From a virus (lineage: Duplodnaviria; Caudoviricetes): a stretch of 64,000 bases of DNA. The notes beneath the pieces were generated by a model. That model was not told the origin of the DNA. It worked only from the letters and a program-made list of their open reading frames with translations, and ran no database searches. Each line of letters begins with the position of its first letter. Positions within the stretch are counted from its first letter, which is position 1. A program made the position numbers and the translations under genes. The DNA lies in IMG/VR virus record IMGVR_UViG_3300028864_000017; one strand, 5' to 3'. Of this stretch, positions 18,939-29,900 are shown one piece after another.

Positions 18939-19767
18939 ACAAATAATAAAATGGAGTGGATCCAAAAGGTCACAATCAGATAGTATTTGTAACAAAATTC
19001 CAAACAAATCATTTGAAACATATTATGAACCATTTTGCGGTTCATCATCTGTTTTAATTGAATTGTTAAATAGAGATGACAAATCTAAATTTAATAAATT
19101 TCAATGTTCTGATTTAAACTCTGATTTAATTAATCTATGGAACATCATAAAAGATAATCCAATAGAATTAATGAAAGGATATACCGAATTATGGACAGAG
19201 TTCAATTCATCTGATATTAAACATAGAAAAGAATTTTTTAAATTAATAAGAAGCAGATACAATTTAAATCATAATCCTATTGATTTCATGTTCATAATGA
19301 GAACAACTACTAATGGAATGCCAAGGTATAACAACAGTGGAAATTTTAATAATTCTTGTCACTTTTCAAGACCAGGTATAAATCCTAAATCATTTTATGA
19401 TATTATATTAAATGCTTCAGATTTATTGAATGATAATAATGTAGAATTTAATCATTGTTCATTTGATGAATATAATAACACAAATAAAAATGATTTTTTT
19501 TATTTAGATCCACCTTATAATGCAACAAAAGGTATGTATTTTGGAAATTTTGACACTAATGGATTTTTCAATTGGATAAATAACAATGAATTTACCTATA
19601 TTTTATCGTATAATGGCAAGATTGAAGATGGTACTGATTCAACAATAAAAATTCCTATACATTATAAGAATCATGAATATTTAAAATCAGGAAATTCATC
19701 TTTCAGAAGAGTAACAGGTAGTAGCAATGATTCAATGATTTATGAATCATTATATATGAATTTTTAA
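18931..19767 (+). CDS. dam: DNA adenine methyltransferase (Dam/D12 class)
   Basis: IKWSGSK, YYEPFCGS (motif I), FYLDPPY (motif IV), ILSYN. Confidence 0.9.
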   Translation: MNKQIIKWSGSKRSQSDSICNKIPNKSFETYYEPFCGSSSVLIELLNRDDKSKFNKFQCSDLNSDLINLWNIIKDNPIELMKGYTELWTEFNSSDIKHRKEFFKLIRSRYNLNHNPIDFMFIMRTTTNGMPRYNNSGNFNNSCHFSRPGINPKSFYDIILNASDLLNDNNVEFNHCSFDEYNNTNKNDFFYLDPPYNATKGMYFGNFDTNGFFNWINNNEFTYILSYNGKIEDGTDSTIKIPIHYKNHEYLKSGNSSFRRVTGSSNDSMIYESLYMNF

Positions 19768-19783
19768 AATAACAAATAATAAA

Positions 19784-20614
19784 ATGAACAAAGCAGATAA
19801 ATATTACATAGAAAATTTAAATAGAATCAAAACTGAAGGATGTTTTGATGAAAATCCAAGACCAAGATATAAAGATGGAACTGAGGCATATACAAAATTC
19901 ATAACTCAAGTGTTTGAGGAATATGATATTTCAAAAGGTGAGTTTCCAATTCCAACACTGAGAAATACAGCGATAAAAACTGGAACAAAAGAAATATTTT
20001 GGATATATCAAAAACAAACAAACTCATTAGATGTAGCACATGATCTTGGAATAACATGGTGGGATGATTGGAATATTGGAGATAATTCAATAGGGCAAAG
20101 ATACGGTGCAACAGTTAAGAAATATGACTTGATGAATAAGCTATTATATGGTTTAGAAACAAATCCTTTTGGACGAAGACACTTAATTGAATTATATCAA
20201 TATTCAGACATGGATGAAACAAAAGGATTAGATCCCTGTGCTCATCTAACAGAATGGTCAGTTAGAAAAATAGATGACATTTTTTATTTGGATATGACAT
20301 TGACACAAAGGTCAAATGACTATATAACAGCAGGGTACATAAATAAAATTCAATATGTTGCACTACAGATGATGGTTGCTGGACATCTTGGATATAAAGT
20401 TGGTAAATTTTGTCATTTAACACAAAATCTTCATGTATATGATAGACATTTTGATGCATTAGAGGAATTATTACTACGAACTCCATTAGATGTTCAACCA
20501 CAATTAATATTAAAAGAAAATAAGAATTTTTATGATTACACTATTAATGATTTTGAAATTATAGGAATAGAAGGAATAGAGAAAATTAAATCTCCGTTGG
20601 AGTTGGCTATTTAA
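19784..20614 (+). CDS. thyA: thymidylate synthase
   Basis: GRRH, DPCAH (catalytic Cys), QRSND, NKIQY, NLHVYDRH. Confidence 0.93.
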   Translation: MNKADKYYIENLNRIKTEGCFDENPRPRYKDGTEAYTKFITQVFEEYDISKGEFPIPTLRNTAIKTGTKEIFWIYQKQTNSLDVAHDLGITWWDDWNIGDNSIGQRYGATVKKYDLMNKLLYGLETNPFGRRHLIELYQYSDMDETKGLDPCAHLTEWSVRKIDDIFYLDMTLTQRSNDYITAGYINKIQYVALQMMVAGHLGYKVGKFCHLTQNLHVYDRHFDALEELLLRTPLDVQPQLILKENKNFYDYTINDFEIIGIEGIEKIKSPLELAI

Positions 20615-20645
20615 AAAAAAGTTCAGAGAAATCTGAACTTTTTTT
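20613..20645. terminator. bidirectional intrinsic terminator
   Basis: A-tract gttcaga-GAAA-tctgaac T7. Confidence 0.85.
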
Positions 20646-20877
20646 ATATATTAAATTTTTTAGCAGTTAAAGCAGTTAATAAACCTTGTTCTTTAAGATA
20701 TTCAATTATTTTTTTTGATGTATCATATTTACTATTATTTGATATTTCAACATCACCATCACCGTATTCTACAGATTGAGTATATACGTTGTTATCAATA
20801 ATATTATATATTATACTCACTAATTCATCTATTTGTTTATCGAATTCAAATTCTTCATTAAATCTTTCTATTTTCAT
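20644..20877 (-). CDS. leader/KFNI-tail class protein
   Basis: MKIERFNEE ... AKKFNI*. Confidence 0.75.
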   Translation of the reverse strand: MKIERFNEEFEFDKQIDELVSIIYNIIDNNVYTQSVEYGDGDVEISNNSKYDTSKKIIEYLKEQGLLTALTAKKFNI

Positions 20878-21197
20878 AAGCTAAATTTATTTGTGTCTTT
20901 TTCTAATTTATATTTTTCTGTATCTCTCACAAAAAGATTAATATCATCATACTCATCTTTTTTAATAAATTTAGACGTTTTATAAAAATTACCTTTAATT
21001 GAAACAATAAGTTCATGATAATCTCTAAGTGAATCATAATAAAGATCATCAACTTTTAATACATCATATAATTTATATCTATTTCTAAAAATATCATTCA
21101 ATTTAATATATTCGCTAACCTTATAAAGTAATATTATACGCTGTTTTTTAAGATCATTTTCAAATTCTTTATATGTATCAAAATCTAATACTTTCAT
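20874..21197 (-). CDS. leader/KFNI-tail class protein (start moved to MKVLDF)
   Basis: MKVLDFDTYKEFEN ... TNKFSL*. Confidence 0.7.
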   Translation of the reverse strand: MKVLDFDTYKEFENDLKKQRIILLYKVSEYIKLNDIFRNRYKLYDVLKVDDLYYDSLRDYHELIVSIKGNFYKTSKFIKKDEYDDINLFVRDTEKYKLEKDTNKFSL

Positions 21198-21198
21198 A

Positions 21199-21585
21199 TT
21201 AAATATTAAATTTATTTGAATTTCTAATATGTTCCAAATCACCTAATACAACAGGATCATATTTCATATTTACAACATATTCTATAGCATTTTTAAAAAA
21301 TTCTTCTTTAAATTTTTTAATAAAAGGTTCAGGATTTTCCATATAGTAAATATCTCTTGTTTTATTACCCTCAAATACTACTGAATAATCATTTGATTCC
21401 TTACCTTCCACTTTAAATTTAATAACATATATAGGATAATTATATCTACTAACAGAAATGTCAGACCAATTTTCATTTAGAACTTCATCTACATTTTCAT
21501 TCCAATATATAACTGATGATTTTCTCTGAAAACTTTCATTTACATTAAAATTATCATTTATAAAATCTAAATATTTGTTTATCAT
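21199..21585 (-). CDS. leader/KFNI-tail class protein
   Basis: MINKYLDFINDNFNVNE ... SNKFNI*. Confidence 0.75.
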   Translation of the reverse strand: MINKYLDFINDNFNVNESFQRKSSVIYWNENVDEVLNENWSDISVSRYNYPIYVIKFKVEGKESNDYSVVFEGNKTRDIYYMENPEPFIKKFKEEFFKNAIEYVVNMKYDPVVLGDLEHIRNSNKFNI

Positions 21586-21640
21586 AAAATTTGAATATCA
21601 TTTTTTAATATATATAAAAAAATGATATTCAAATTTAATG
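21583..21640. promoter_or_regulatory. palindromic divergent promoter region spanning ATG to ATG
   Basis: 20-bp perfect arms aaatttgaatatcatttttt / aaaaaatgatattcaaattt around aatatatata. Confidence 0.75.
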
Positions 21641-22393
21641 GAAAAGAATAAAGAAGAAGAAGAATTCAAAATTCCTATTATAAAATCATCAAATGATTTA
21701 AATAAAATATTTGATGCAATATACGAACAAGGCTTTGGATATGTACAAAATCAAGATAATTTTCATAAGAGCAAAATTGAAAAAATCATTCAAAAATATA
21801 ATGTATTAAAAATAGATGTACCTAGTAGTTTTTATGCAGAATCATATAAAATAAAAAATTATGCAGAAGCAGAGAAAGAAATAAGTGCTCATTTTTCTAA
21901 ATTTAATCCTGATGATAAAATTAATGAATTTATAAAAAATAAATTCTCAATAAAATATGACGATAGATGTAAGCCACCTGAAGATAGAGGTGATAATTTA
22001 AGTACTGTAGTTGAATGGTTTAAATTTAAGACTAAATATAATCTCATAGATAAAGATTATAAATTAGGAGATAAATATTACATAAATGTTGATATTTATA
22101 ATTTAGATAAAAAATCATTGAAAATACATTTTGGAGATAATAACGATTTTAAATCATTATACAAATTAATATTCAATAAAGAATGTGCAGAGATCACTAA
22201 CAAATTAGGAGAATGGCAGAATCTTGGTGAAATAGAACTAAAATTTTTTCAAAATGGAACAGCTAGTATTAAAGGAAATTTGACTAAAATAAAAGAATAT
22301 TACTATAAAGATTTAATGAGTTCAGTTTTTTATAATAGTATTTATATCATATATTATAACAACAAAATTGAAAGAGTAAATCCAAAAAAATAA
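21638..22393 (+). CDS. hypothetical protein
   Basis: ORF track, 251 aa. Confidence 0.75.
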   Translation: MEKNKEEEEFKIPIIKSSNDLNKIFDAIYEQGFGYVQNQDNFHKSKIEKIIQKYNVLKIDVPSSFYAESYKIKNYAEAEKEISAHFSKFNPDDKINEFIKNKFSIKYDDRCKPPEDRGDNLSTVVEWFKFKTKYNLIDKDYKLGDKYYINVDIYNLDKKSLKIHFGDNNDFKSLYKLIFNKECAEITNKLGEWQNLGEIELKFFQNGTASIKGNLTKIKEYYYKDLMSSVFYNSIYIIYYNNKIERVNPKK

Positions 22394-22421
22394 AAAAATG
22401 TAGAGAAATCTACATTTTTTT
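22392..22421. terminator. bidirectional intrinsic terminator
   Basis: A7 tgtaga-GAAA-tctaca T7. Confidence 0.85.
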
Positions 22422-23540
22422 ATTTTTATAATATATTTTAATATCAAGTTCTATTTTTATTAATAAATCATTTAAATTCTTGATAATATCTTTATGTTTT
22501 TCTGATGCAGAAATTACATCAAATTTAAGAATTTTTTTATAAATTAGTATATCATTCTTATAATCTTCATAACGTAATCTATTATCATTTTTTACACCTA
22601 ACTTAAATATTTTTTCTTCTATACTATTGGATAAATTAGTAATTTCTTTACTTTTAAATTTTATATACTTATCACTATTATTATAATCAATTAATAATTT
22701 TGATATAATATTATATGTACTTGTCAATAATGAAACACTCATAACATAATTTCCATAGTATGTCATTGAATTATTAAAATCATCATCATTCAAACATTTT
22801 AAACTTAATTTTAAATTAAATTTCATATTACTGGTATAATATTCAAAATCTGTTTTTACAATTGAAATATATCTATTACCAACTTTAACATATTCTAATA
22901 TTTTTCTATTATTTTCACATACCAAATTTAATTTATTGAGTTCTGATATTCTATTATCAAAATTTCTATAATCAGAAATTATATTATTAATCTTTACTAT
23001 TTTATTTAAGAATTTAGTTAATTTATTATCTAATACTTTCTGCTCATTAATAAGTCTGTTCATCCTAACTTTATTATAATCATTATCATTATCTACATAA
23101 ATTTCAGTGATAAATTTATTTAATTCTTCCTTAATATATTCTTCACAATAAGGATAATTATACTGTATATAATTTAGAATATCTGATTTACTTTTTGATA
23201 TTGATATAATTGAATTATCAATACTATTAACAATTTTCTTATATTCAATTAATGATTTATAAAGATTTTGTAATTTTATATAATAATTAGTTGTCACTAT
23301 ATCATTAGTTATATAATCAAATACAGATTCATCATAACTATTTAGAAATTCACAAGGCAAATCAAAATATGAAAACTTTAGTTCTTTGATATTATTATTC
23401 AATGAGATTATATTATTTTTCAGAGTTTTAAAATTTCTAATCTGAATATATTTTAAATATATACAATTAAATAAAACATATAATATAAATATCATAATTA
23501 GTAACAATGCAATAACTGATATTAAGATCAAAATTTTCAT
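22410..23540 (-). CDS. membrane-anchored helical/coiled-coil protein
   Basis: N-terminal TM helix, then heptad-rich sequence. Confidence 0.7.
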   Translation of the reverse strand: MKILILISVIALLLIMIFILYVLFNCIYLKYIQIRNFKTLKNNIISLNNNIKELKFSYFDLPCEFLNSYDESVFDYITNDIVTTNYYIKLQNLYKSLIEYKKIVNSIDNSIISISKSKSDILNYIQYNYPYCEEYIKEELNKFITEIYVDNDNDYNKVRMNRLINEQKVLDNKLTKFLNKIVKINNIISDYRNFDNRISELNKLNLVCENNRKILEYVKVGNRYISIVKTDFEYYTSNMKFNLKLSLKCLNDDDFNNSMTYYGNYVMSVSLLTSTYNIISKLLIDYNNSDKYIKFKSKEITNLSNSIEEKIFKLGVKNDNRLRYEDYKNDILIYKKILKFDVISASEKHKDIIKNLNDLLIKIELDIKIYYKNKKM

Positions 23541-23544
23541 AAGT

Positions 23545-23573
23545 ATTATAATATTAAAAAGGTTTTAAGTTTT
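23545..23573 (-). promoter_or_regulatory. putative phage promoter AAAACT-N17-TATAAT
   Basis: exact 17-nt spacer upstream of 23540. Confidence 0.5.
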
Positions 23574-23580
23574 TATTTAT

Positions 23581-23590
23581 TTATATATAA
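23581..23590 (+). promoter_or_regulatory. putative late promoter TTATATATAA
   Basis: same box at 45331, 45359 and 56921, TATATATA at 26943, all upstream of structural or leader-class genes. Confidence 0.5.
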
Positions 23591-23607
23591 AGAAAAAACA
23601 GTCTATT

Positions 23608-23970
23608 ATGATTGATACAAGAAATGAAGATTTAGTAAAAAAATATTTTGATTTGGTTCAAGAAGAAATCAAAAGATTAATATCTCAAGATAAAGAGATA
23701 AAGAAAAGTGAAATACAAACATTCAATGATGAAATATTCAATCAATCTGATGAGATAAAAAGTGAAATAAGTAATTATATCAATCAAGCAACAATGAATG
23801 ATTTAGAGATTAGTAAAATAGCTAAAACTCTTTATGATAAGTTTAAAGTACAGACTAAGAATAATGTTTTCAATCAAACTGATACACAGAATGTACCTAA
23901 TACCTTAATGGGTGAGAATAAGCACATAAAAACATTTGAAAAATTTAATTATGATAACAAAAATAGATAA
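23608..23970 (+). CDS. hypothetical protein with the leader-like motif at its C-terminus
   Basis: LMGENKHIKTFEKFN near C-terminus; helical. Confidence 0.7.
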   Translation: MIDTRNEDLVKKYFDLVQEEIKRLISQDKEIKKSEIQTFNDEIFNQSDEIKSEISNYINQATMNDLEISKIAKTLYDKFKVQTKNNVFNQTDTQNVPNTLMGENKHIKTFEKFNYDNKNR

Positions 23971-24322
23971 TTATATATTAAATGAAGAGAATAAAAATAA
24001 TGAAAATTTAAAGTTAAAAATGACATTAGATGTATTTGATTTAGTTAAATTTATAGGTGGTAGTGACGATATAAACATAAACATTCCTTATCGTAAGCAT
24101 CATAATATAACTAAAATATATATAAAAAAATTTGAAGGTTTTGAACAAGATTTATTTGTAGAACTTACTACTATATTAGATAATTATACCTTTGATGTAG
24201 GATTTCTTAGTAATTTAAACATTAAAGAAATGACTAAAGTTTATAATTATTTAAAAAATAAATATCCTGATGAATACAATCAAATCATAGTCAAAAAAGA
24301 ATCAGAAAAATTCAACATATGA
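23951..24322 (+). CDS. leader/KFNI-tail class protein (start moved to MITKID)
   Basis: MITKIDNYILNE ... SEKFNI*. Confidence 0.75.
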   Translation: MITKIDNYILNEENKNNENLKLKMTLDVFDLVKFIGGSDDININIPYRKHHNITKIYIKKFEGFEQDLFVELTTILDNYTFDVGFLSNLNIKEMTKVYNYLKNKYPDEYNQIIVKKESEKFNI

Positions 24323-24627
24323 AATATCTTAAAAAATTTGAAAGTAATTATGATATTATAAATGTAAAGAAATATGTCTTATGGAAAATGAAACATTTTA
24401 TTTTTATATTAGAAGTTACTAAAATTTATGATAATTTAGTCCATATGAGAAGATTATATAAATATAGCGATGAATATGATAATATATCACCAACTGATAT
24501 AATGGAATTTGATTTTTCATATGAAGACATATCAAAGAAAGTTATATACAGTTCAGATAATCTTAATGACTGTTTAGATTTAAATTTATTAGCGGCATCA
24601 TTTATAACAGATAAATACAACATATGA
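24319..24627 (+). CDS. leader/KFNI-tail class protein
   Basis: MKYLKKFES ... TDKYNI*. Confidence 0.8.
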   Translation: MKYLKKFESNYDIINVKKYVLWKMKHFIFILEVTKIYDNLVHMRRLYKYSDEYDNISPTDIMEFDFSYEDISKKVIYSSDNLNDCLDLNLLAASFITDKYNI

Positions 24628-24920
24628 TAACAAATTTTAAAATATTTGAAGAAGTTAAAGAAAGATCATCTAATGATAGATCAACTATACAAGATAATGA
24701 TTATGTTATATTAGATCATCATTATTTTCATTATAAACTTCACGGAGATATTATAATAGGTAAAATTATTTCAAAAAATAAAAATACTTATTTATCTAAA
24801 TTTATAAAATTTGATGATGAATCATATAATGGTTACTATTCTGTAGACAAAATTTTATATTGGTCAGAAAGCAAAGAAGATATATTGGCGTATTTATCAG
24901 CAAAAAAATTTAACATATAA
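24624..24920 (+). CDS. leader/KFNI-tail class protein
   Basis: MITNFKIFEE ... AKKFNI*. Confidence 0.8.
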   Translation: MITNFKIFEEVKERSSNDRSTIQDNDYVILDHHYFHYKLHGDIIIGKIISKNKNTYLSKFIKFDDESYNGYYSVDKILYWSESKEDILAYLSAKKFNI

Positions 24921-24922
24921 TA

Positions 24923-25621
24923 ATGATTACAAATTTTAATAAATATTCACTAAATGAAACATATGAATTATCTGGTAAGCACTCATTTTTAACATACTTA
25001 CAGATTGTATCAAATCATGATTATCATTTCATTTCAAATGACACATATAGAAAATTATATAAATACCATGTATTTTTTTCAACTGAAACAATAACAGGAA
25101 TAGAAGATTATGTAGATATATTCAAATATAAACACTCTTTATCTTCAGCATATGAAATATTATTACAAATAAAGGATAATAAATTAGCTTTCTTTTTTGG
25201 AATAAAAGAAAATTCTACATTGAGATATGGATTCTTAGATTTAGATACTCAAAGGAGTTATGTTGTTGGTGAATTTATGTTTACTAAAGATTTTTTTGTT
25301 TCAATATCTAAATATAAATCAATGCAGTTTGTTAATAAGGTAATTCAAAATACAGATGCTAAAAAATTACCCATATTATCAAAGATAAAACAAGATTGTG
25401 AGAATTTTTATAAAGGAAAAAAGAAAACAAAAGTGGAAATATCAGACAATAAAGTAATTATTTATATCACAAGAGATCAATTCACAGATGATGATATAAA
25501 TATGAATCGTCCATTTAGATCATTAGATAATTGGGCATCTAAAAAAATGTGGAGAAACAAAGTTGAATGCAGTGTTGATGATGAAGGGGATCCAATAAAA
25601 TTTATACTAATTGTAAAATGA
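24923..25621 (+). CDS. leader-class protein (no KFNI tail)
   Basis: MITNFNKYSLNE. Confidence 0.75.
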   Translation: MITNFNKYSLNETYELSGKHSFLTYLQIVSNHDYHFISNDTYRKLYKYHVFFSTETITGIEDYVDIFKYKHSLSSAYEILLQIKDNKLAFFFGIKENSTLRYGFLDLDTQRSYVVGEFMFTKDFFVSISKYKSMQFVNKVIQNTDAKKLPILSKIKQDCENFYKGKKKTKVEISDNKVIIYITRDQFTDDDINMNRPFRSLDNWASKKMWRNKVECSVDDEGDPIKFILIVK

Positions 25622-25947
25622 AATACTTAAAGAAATTTGAGTCCAATAATGATTATGGTGAATATTGGTCAGTTATTTATGATCCTATTATTATTAGAAA
25701 ATCTTTGAAAAAAATTGGATGTCCTGATAAAACAATAGATAGTATTATTTATTTTTTCTCTGATTCTGATATTTTTGATAGTGTATTATATATTGTAATG
25801 GAAATAAAAAATGATAATGTATATTGGGACGCATCATTAAATGATGGTACATATAAATATTATAAATATAATGGTGATATTAAACTATCAAAGAAAGAAT
25901 TAGAAGAAGTAGAAATAGAAAAACACTCAAATAAATTTAATATATGA
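25618..25947 (+). CDS. leader/KFNI-tail class protein
   Basis: MKYLKKFES ... SNKFNI*. Confidence 0.8.
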   Translation: MKYLKKFESNNDYGEYWSVIYDPIIIRKSLKKIGCPDKTIDSIIYFFSDSDIFDSVLYIVMEIKNDNVYWDASLNDGTYKYYKYNGDIKLSKKELEEVEIEKHSNKFNI

Positions 25948-26264
25948 AATACTTGAAAAAATTTGAATATAATGAATATGAATATGAAATAGGTGATTAT
26001 GTTTTAGTCGATTTACCTCTAATAAAAGACTATTATTTTAATTATGCTACAAATGGAATTATTGATGATCATGCTATTATAATTGAGGTAAATGATGATA
26101 AAGATGATGATCATGAAGATCATTATATTAGAACATATAAATTATTATTTTATAATGATAAAGTACTTGATGAAGTTAGACCAATATTAATTACTAGAAA
26201 ATTAACAAATACAGAAGCAAAAGATTTAATTTTTAAAACTAATTTAAAAAAATTTAACATATGA
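25944..26264 (+). CDS. leader/KFNI-tail class protein
   Basis: MKYLKKFEY..EIGDYV ... LKKFNI*. Confidence 0.8.
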   Translation: MKYLKKFEYNEYEYEIGDYVLVDLPLIKDYYFNYATNGIIDDHAIIIEVNDDKDDDHEDHYIRTYKLLFYNDKVLDEVRPILITRKLTNTEAKDLIFKTNLKKFNI

Positions 26265-26890
26265 AATACTTAAAATATTTTGAAAATAATAATATTATAG
26301 AACAGCAACCTTTTTATATTAGTAATAACACATTATATATATCAGATGATATGGCAAAATTATTAACTCCTACATATAATGATCTAAAGAAAAGATATAA
26401 AAATAATCAAAATGCTATTGACTATCAATTTCAAAAAAATGTTGATTTCTTAAATAATGAAAAAGATGAAAATGGACGCAATAAAGTCAGAGAAGTATAT
26501 ACTAATATTACAGTTAGATGGAGAAATATGTATGCTATGAGTATAATCATTAAATATCGTGGAAGTGGAAATACTATAGATAATAAATTTGGAAAATTTA
26601 ATTATTATATTACTGGAAATTCAGGTGATAGTGAGATGCATGGAAAAAATATGAAAAGAGCAACAAGAGAATGTAATTATAATCTTATGATAAAATTATA
26701 TCCTATTGTTAAATATATTGATAATTTCATGAAAATTTTTGAATCTAAAGAAAAAGGATTTTTAGAAATAATTAAAGATTCATTAAATAAAGATATTATG
26801 TTAGCTAAATACGGGGTACCAAAGGAATTAAAAAAATATTTCAAAGGAGCAGAAGAAGCTATTATAAATTCGGATAAATATAATATATAA
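26261..26890 (+). CDS. leader/KFNI-tail class protein
   Basis: MKYLKYFEN ... SDKYNI*. Confidence 0.8.
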   Translation: MKYLKYFENNNIIEQQPFYISNNTLYISDDMAKLLTPTYNDLKKRYKNNQNAIDYQFQKNVDFLNNEKDENGRNKVREVYTNITVRWRNMYAMSIIIKYRGSGNTIDNKFGKFNYYITGNSGDSEMHGKNMKRATRECNYNLMIKLYPIVKYIDNFMKIFESKEKGFLEIIKDSLNKDIMLAKYGVPKELKKYFKGAEEAIINSDKYNI

Positions 26891-26972
26891 TATATATATC
26901 ATGATCTTGCATCATTTTATTTCTTATGAAATAGAGTTTTTTTATATATAGATAAAAATTAAATTATTAAAC

Positions 26973-29900
26973 ATGATAAATCAACAAAACAGTTTTGTGT
27001 CTTTAGCTGAACAACTAGCTGTATTAAATAAGAATTCAGTAGAAGTTATGACAAAATTAAATGATGTTGTAGCTAGTAGAAATTCTGTTGTAAACGTTAA
27101 CTTAATGAATACAGATGGAACAACATCATCATATCAATTTCCAACAGTTGGTCAATTAAAAAATGAATTAGATATTGCAAATAGAAATATTCAGAAATTA
27201 GCAGGATTATCTGATAGTACAGCTTATGTATCAGATGGTACAACTATGAGAAGAATATATGTAGATGATTTGAATAGTGAGCCTAGTCCTATTGATAGTT
27301 TAGATAGTATAAAAAAATTCACATCTATAAACAATTCTTTTTTTGAATCTCTTTATAATCCTATGTTAGCGATAGAACTTGATTTAACTGATAGAATTGA
27401 TCAAAAAGTAAAAAAGGTATTATCACGTAGATATATAATAAAATTTCAGACAGATCAATATGGTAATTTAACATCAGATGGTTCAAATTCAAAATCAGAT
27501 TTTGAAACTAAATTCTTAAATAGAAATGATGTTTTTATTGATGATTTGACTTCATGGTACACAAATATAAAAAATACTGGTGTTTTTCATAGTAATCAAC
27601 CTTATGATGAGCAAGTATTTGACTTAGATTATGATAAACTTCAATATTATGGAATATTTGATGTGGTTGGTATTGATAATGATACAATTAATAGTAAAAT
27701 GTGGTATGTATTAGGATCGATAACTTATTATGATTATACAGGTAACACTAGACAATTATCAGTAGGAGATGAATTAATAATAAATAAAAAAGATTCATCA
27801 ACATTATGGACAATAAAGGAAGTTAGTACAGCTAAAAGTAATTATAGAGTTATTTTAGAGAGGTTGGAAGGGTTAGAACCTGTTCCAATACTATCACAAG
27901 GATTGAAGATTTATAGTCCTGTATTACCAGAAAAAACAATAAAAATATCTATTGGTTATGATGAATACAATGTAGTTTTTATCAAACCTATTAATACAGA
28001 TTCAAATGTCATTTCATCAACATGGTCTTATGGTACATCTTTTTATAGTAACAATTTAGTTTTAGATACAAATAGTACTGTTTCTATGACAAAATTCTAT
28101 AGTGATACTGTATTTGATTATGGTTCTATATTAAAAGATTTAATATCTAAAAATATACCTAGTAAATTTGGAATAACACCAAATGTACCAACTTTAGTAT
28201 CTAGTAATTTTAAAGTTTTACAAATAAATACACATTTAACTGATACAGCGGATTCAGCAAAAATTCAAAATTTAAATACTCAAAAAGTATCTATAAAATC
28301 ACAATTAGAACAATTAAGTGATGCTATAGTTGAACAGAATAAAGAACTTAGTACTAAGCAATACAAATCAACATCAGATAAGCAGGCAAGTCAAAATCAA
28401 TTAAATACTTTGATAAGTCAGCAATCATCATTAACTAAATCATACACATCGATAGTTAGTCAAATTACTGCTGAGAATACTGGTTCAATTTCAAGTGTAA
28501 CTGCAAAATTTAGGGTAAGAGGTTTTTGGAGTATTCCAGAACCTATTATAATTAATACAGTAGGAGAACAACAAAAACAAGAAGTTGTTCAGTTTATTGT
28601 TCAATATAGATATAAGGCTACAGGAGGTTCTGAGCCTACAACAGAAGGATTTAATTTAAATCTTACAGAAACTATATACACAAATTCTACATCTACTGGA
28701 GATATTACTGATCAAACTAAAGCATATCTTAATCCAAGTATAACAACTCAAAATGTTACTGAAACTGGATATTTTTCCAATTGGAATCAATATATGACAG
28801 ATGCAAGGACAAGAACTTATAATAGAGCTTTAGATGTTTGGACATGGGATGTTGAAAATGTTTCTGATGCAAATTCACCTAAAGTTAATCAATTAGACAT
28901 ATCTTTACATCCAAATGAAACAGTTGAAATTAAAATTAAATCTATATCAGAAGTTGGATTTCCAGACTCACTTATAGTATCTGATTGGTCTGACGTTATG
29001 ACAATTGATTTTCCAACTGATCTTTCTCAAGTAGGTAACGAAAATTCTACTATTTTACAATCTGCTCAAAATGAACAAATATATTCACAAATAGAAAGTG
29101 ATTTTAATGCAAAAGGATTAACAACGCATCTTCAGCAATCATATTATGTTAATGATTTATATGTTGCTCATACTGATGTAAATGTAGGCACATCATTTAA
29201 AGATAGCTCAGGTAATATAATTATGTTAAATGATTATTTAAAATTATTAACAGATAAAATAACTGCTCTTGAAGAAATTGTATCTAATGCAAAAGGAGAA
29301 CTTTCAATTAGTTTATATAAGAATTCAACAAATGTTACAATAGAAAATGGTGCATCTATAATTCAAAATATTACATGTGAAGATTATGCAGAATTATCTG
29401 GTACAACAACAAGAACATATTACAATAATATATATTCTTCTGATGATTTCTACATACAATTTGGAAATGTTTCACAATCTGCACAATTAGGATTACTTTC
29501 ATATAGAAAATATGTACCTACTGTTAATGGTGATAATAGATTTTATAATACACAATATTCAAATGGATCATTAGCAACTTATATTGATTCAGAAGATATG
29601 CTTAGAACACAAGTAGATAATCAATTTATTTGGATTTCTGATGTATCAGGAACAAATGCAATATATAATTCAGGAAAAACATATAATTCTAATGGATTAG
29701 GACAAGTTTTGTACTCTAAAAATTGGAATGTTGGATTAACTGGAACTACAACACCAAATTCAGGAGGTACTTATTCAACTCCAATAAATATATTTAATGA
29801 TGTTAATTGGACTGGAGTTACTTGGAGTGCTGACAATGATTATCAAACTGATTTTCCTGTTACGATACATCCACATATTGATAATATTTCAGATTATGTT

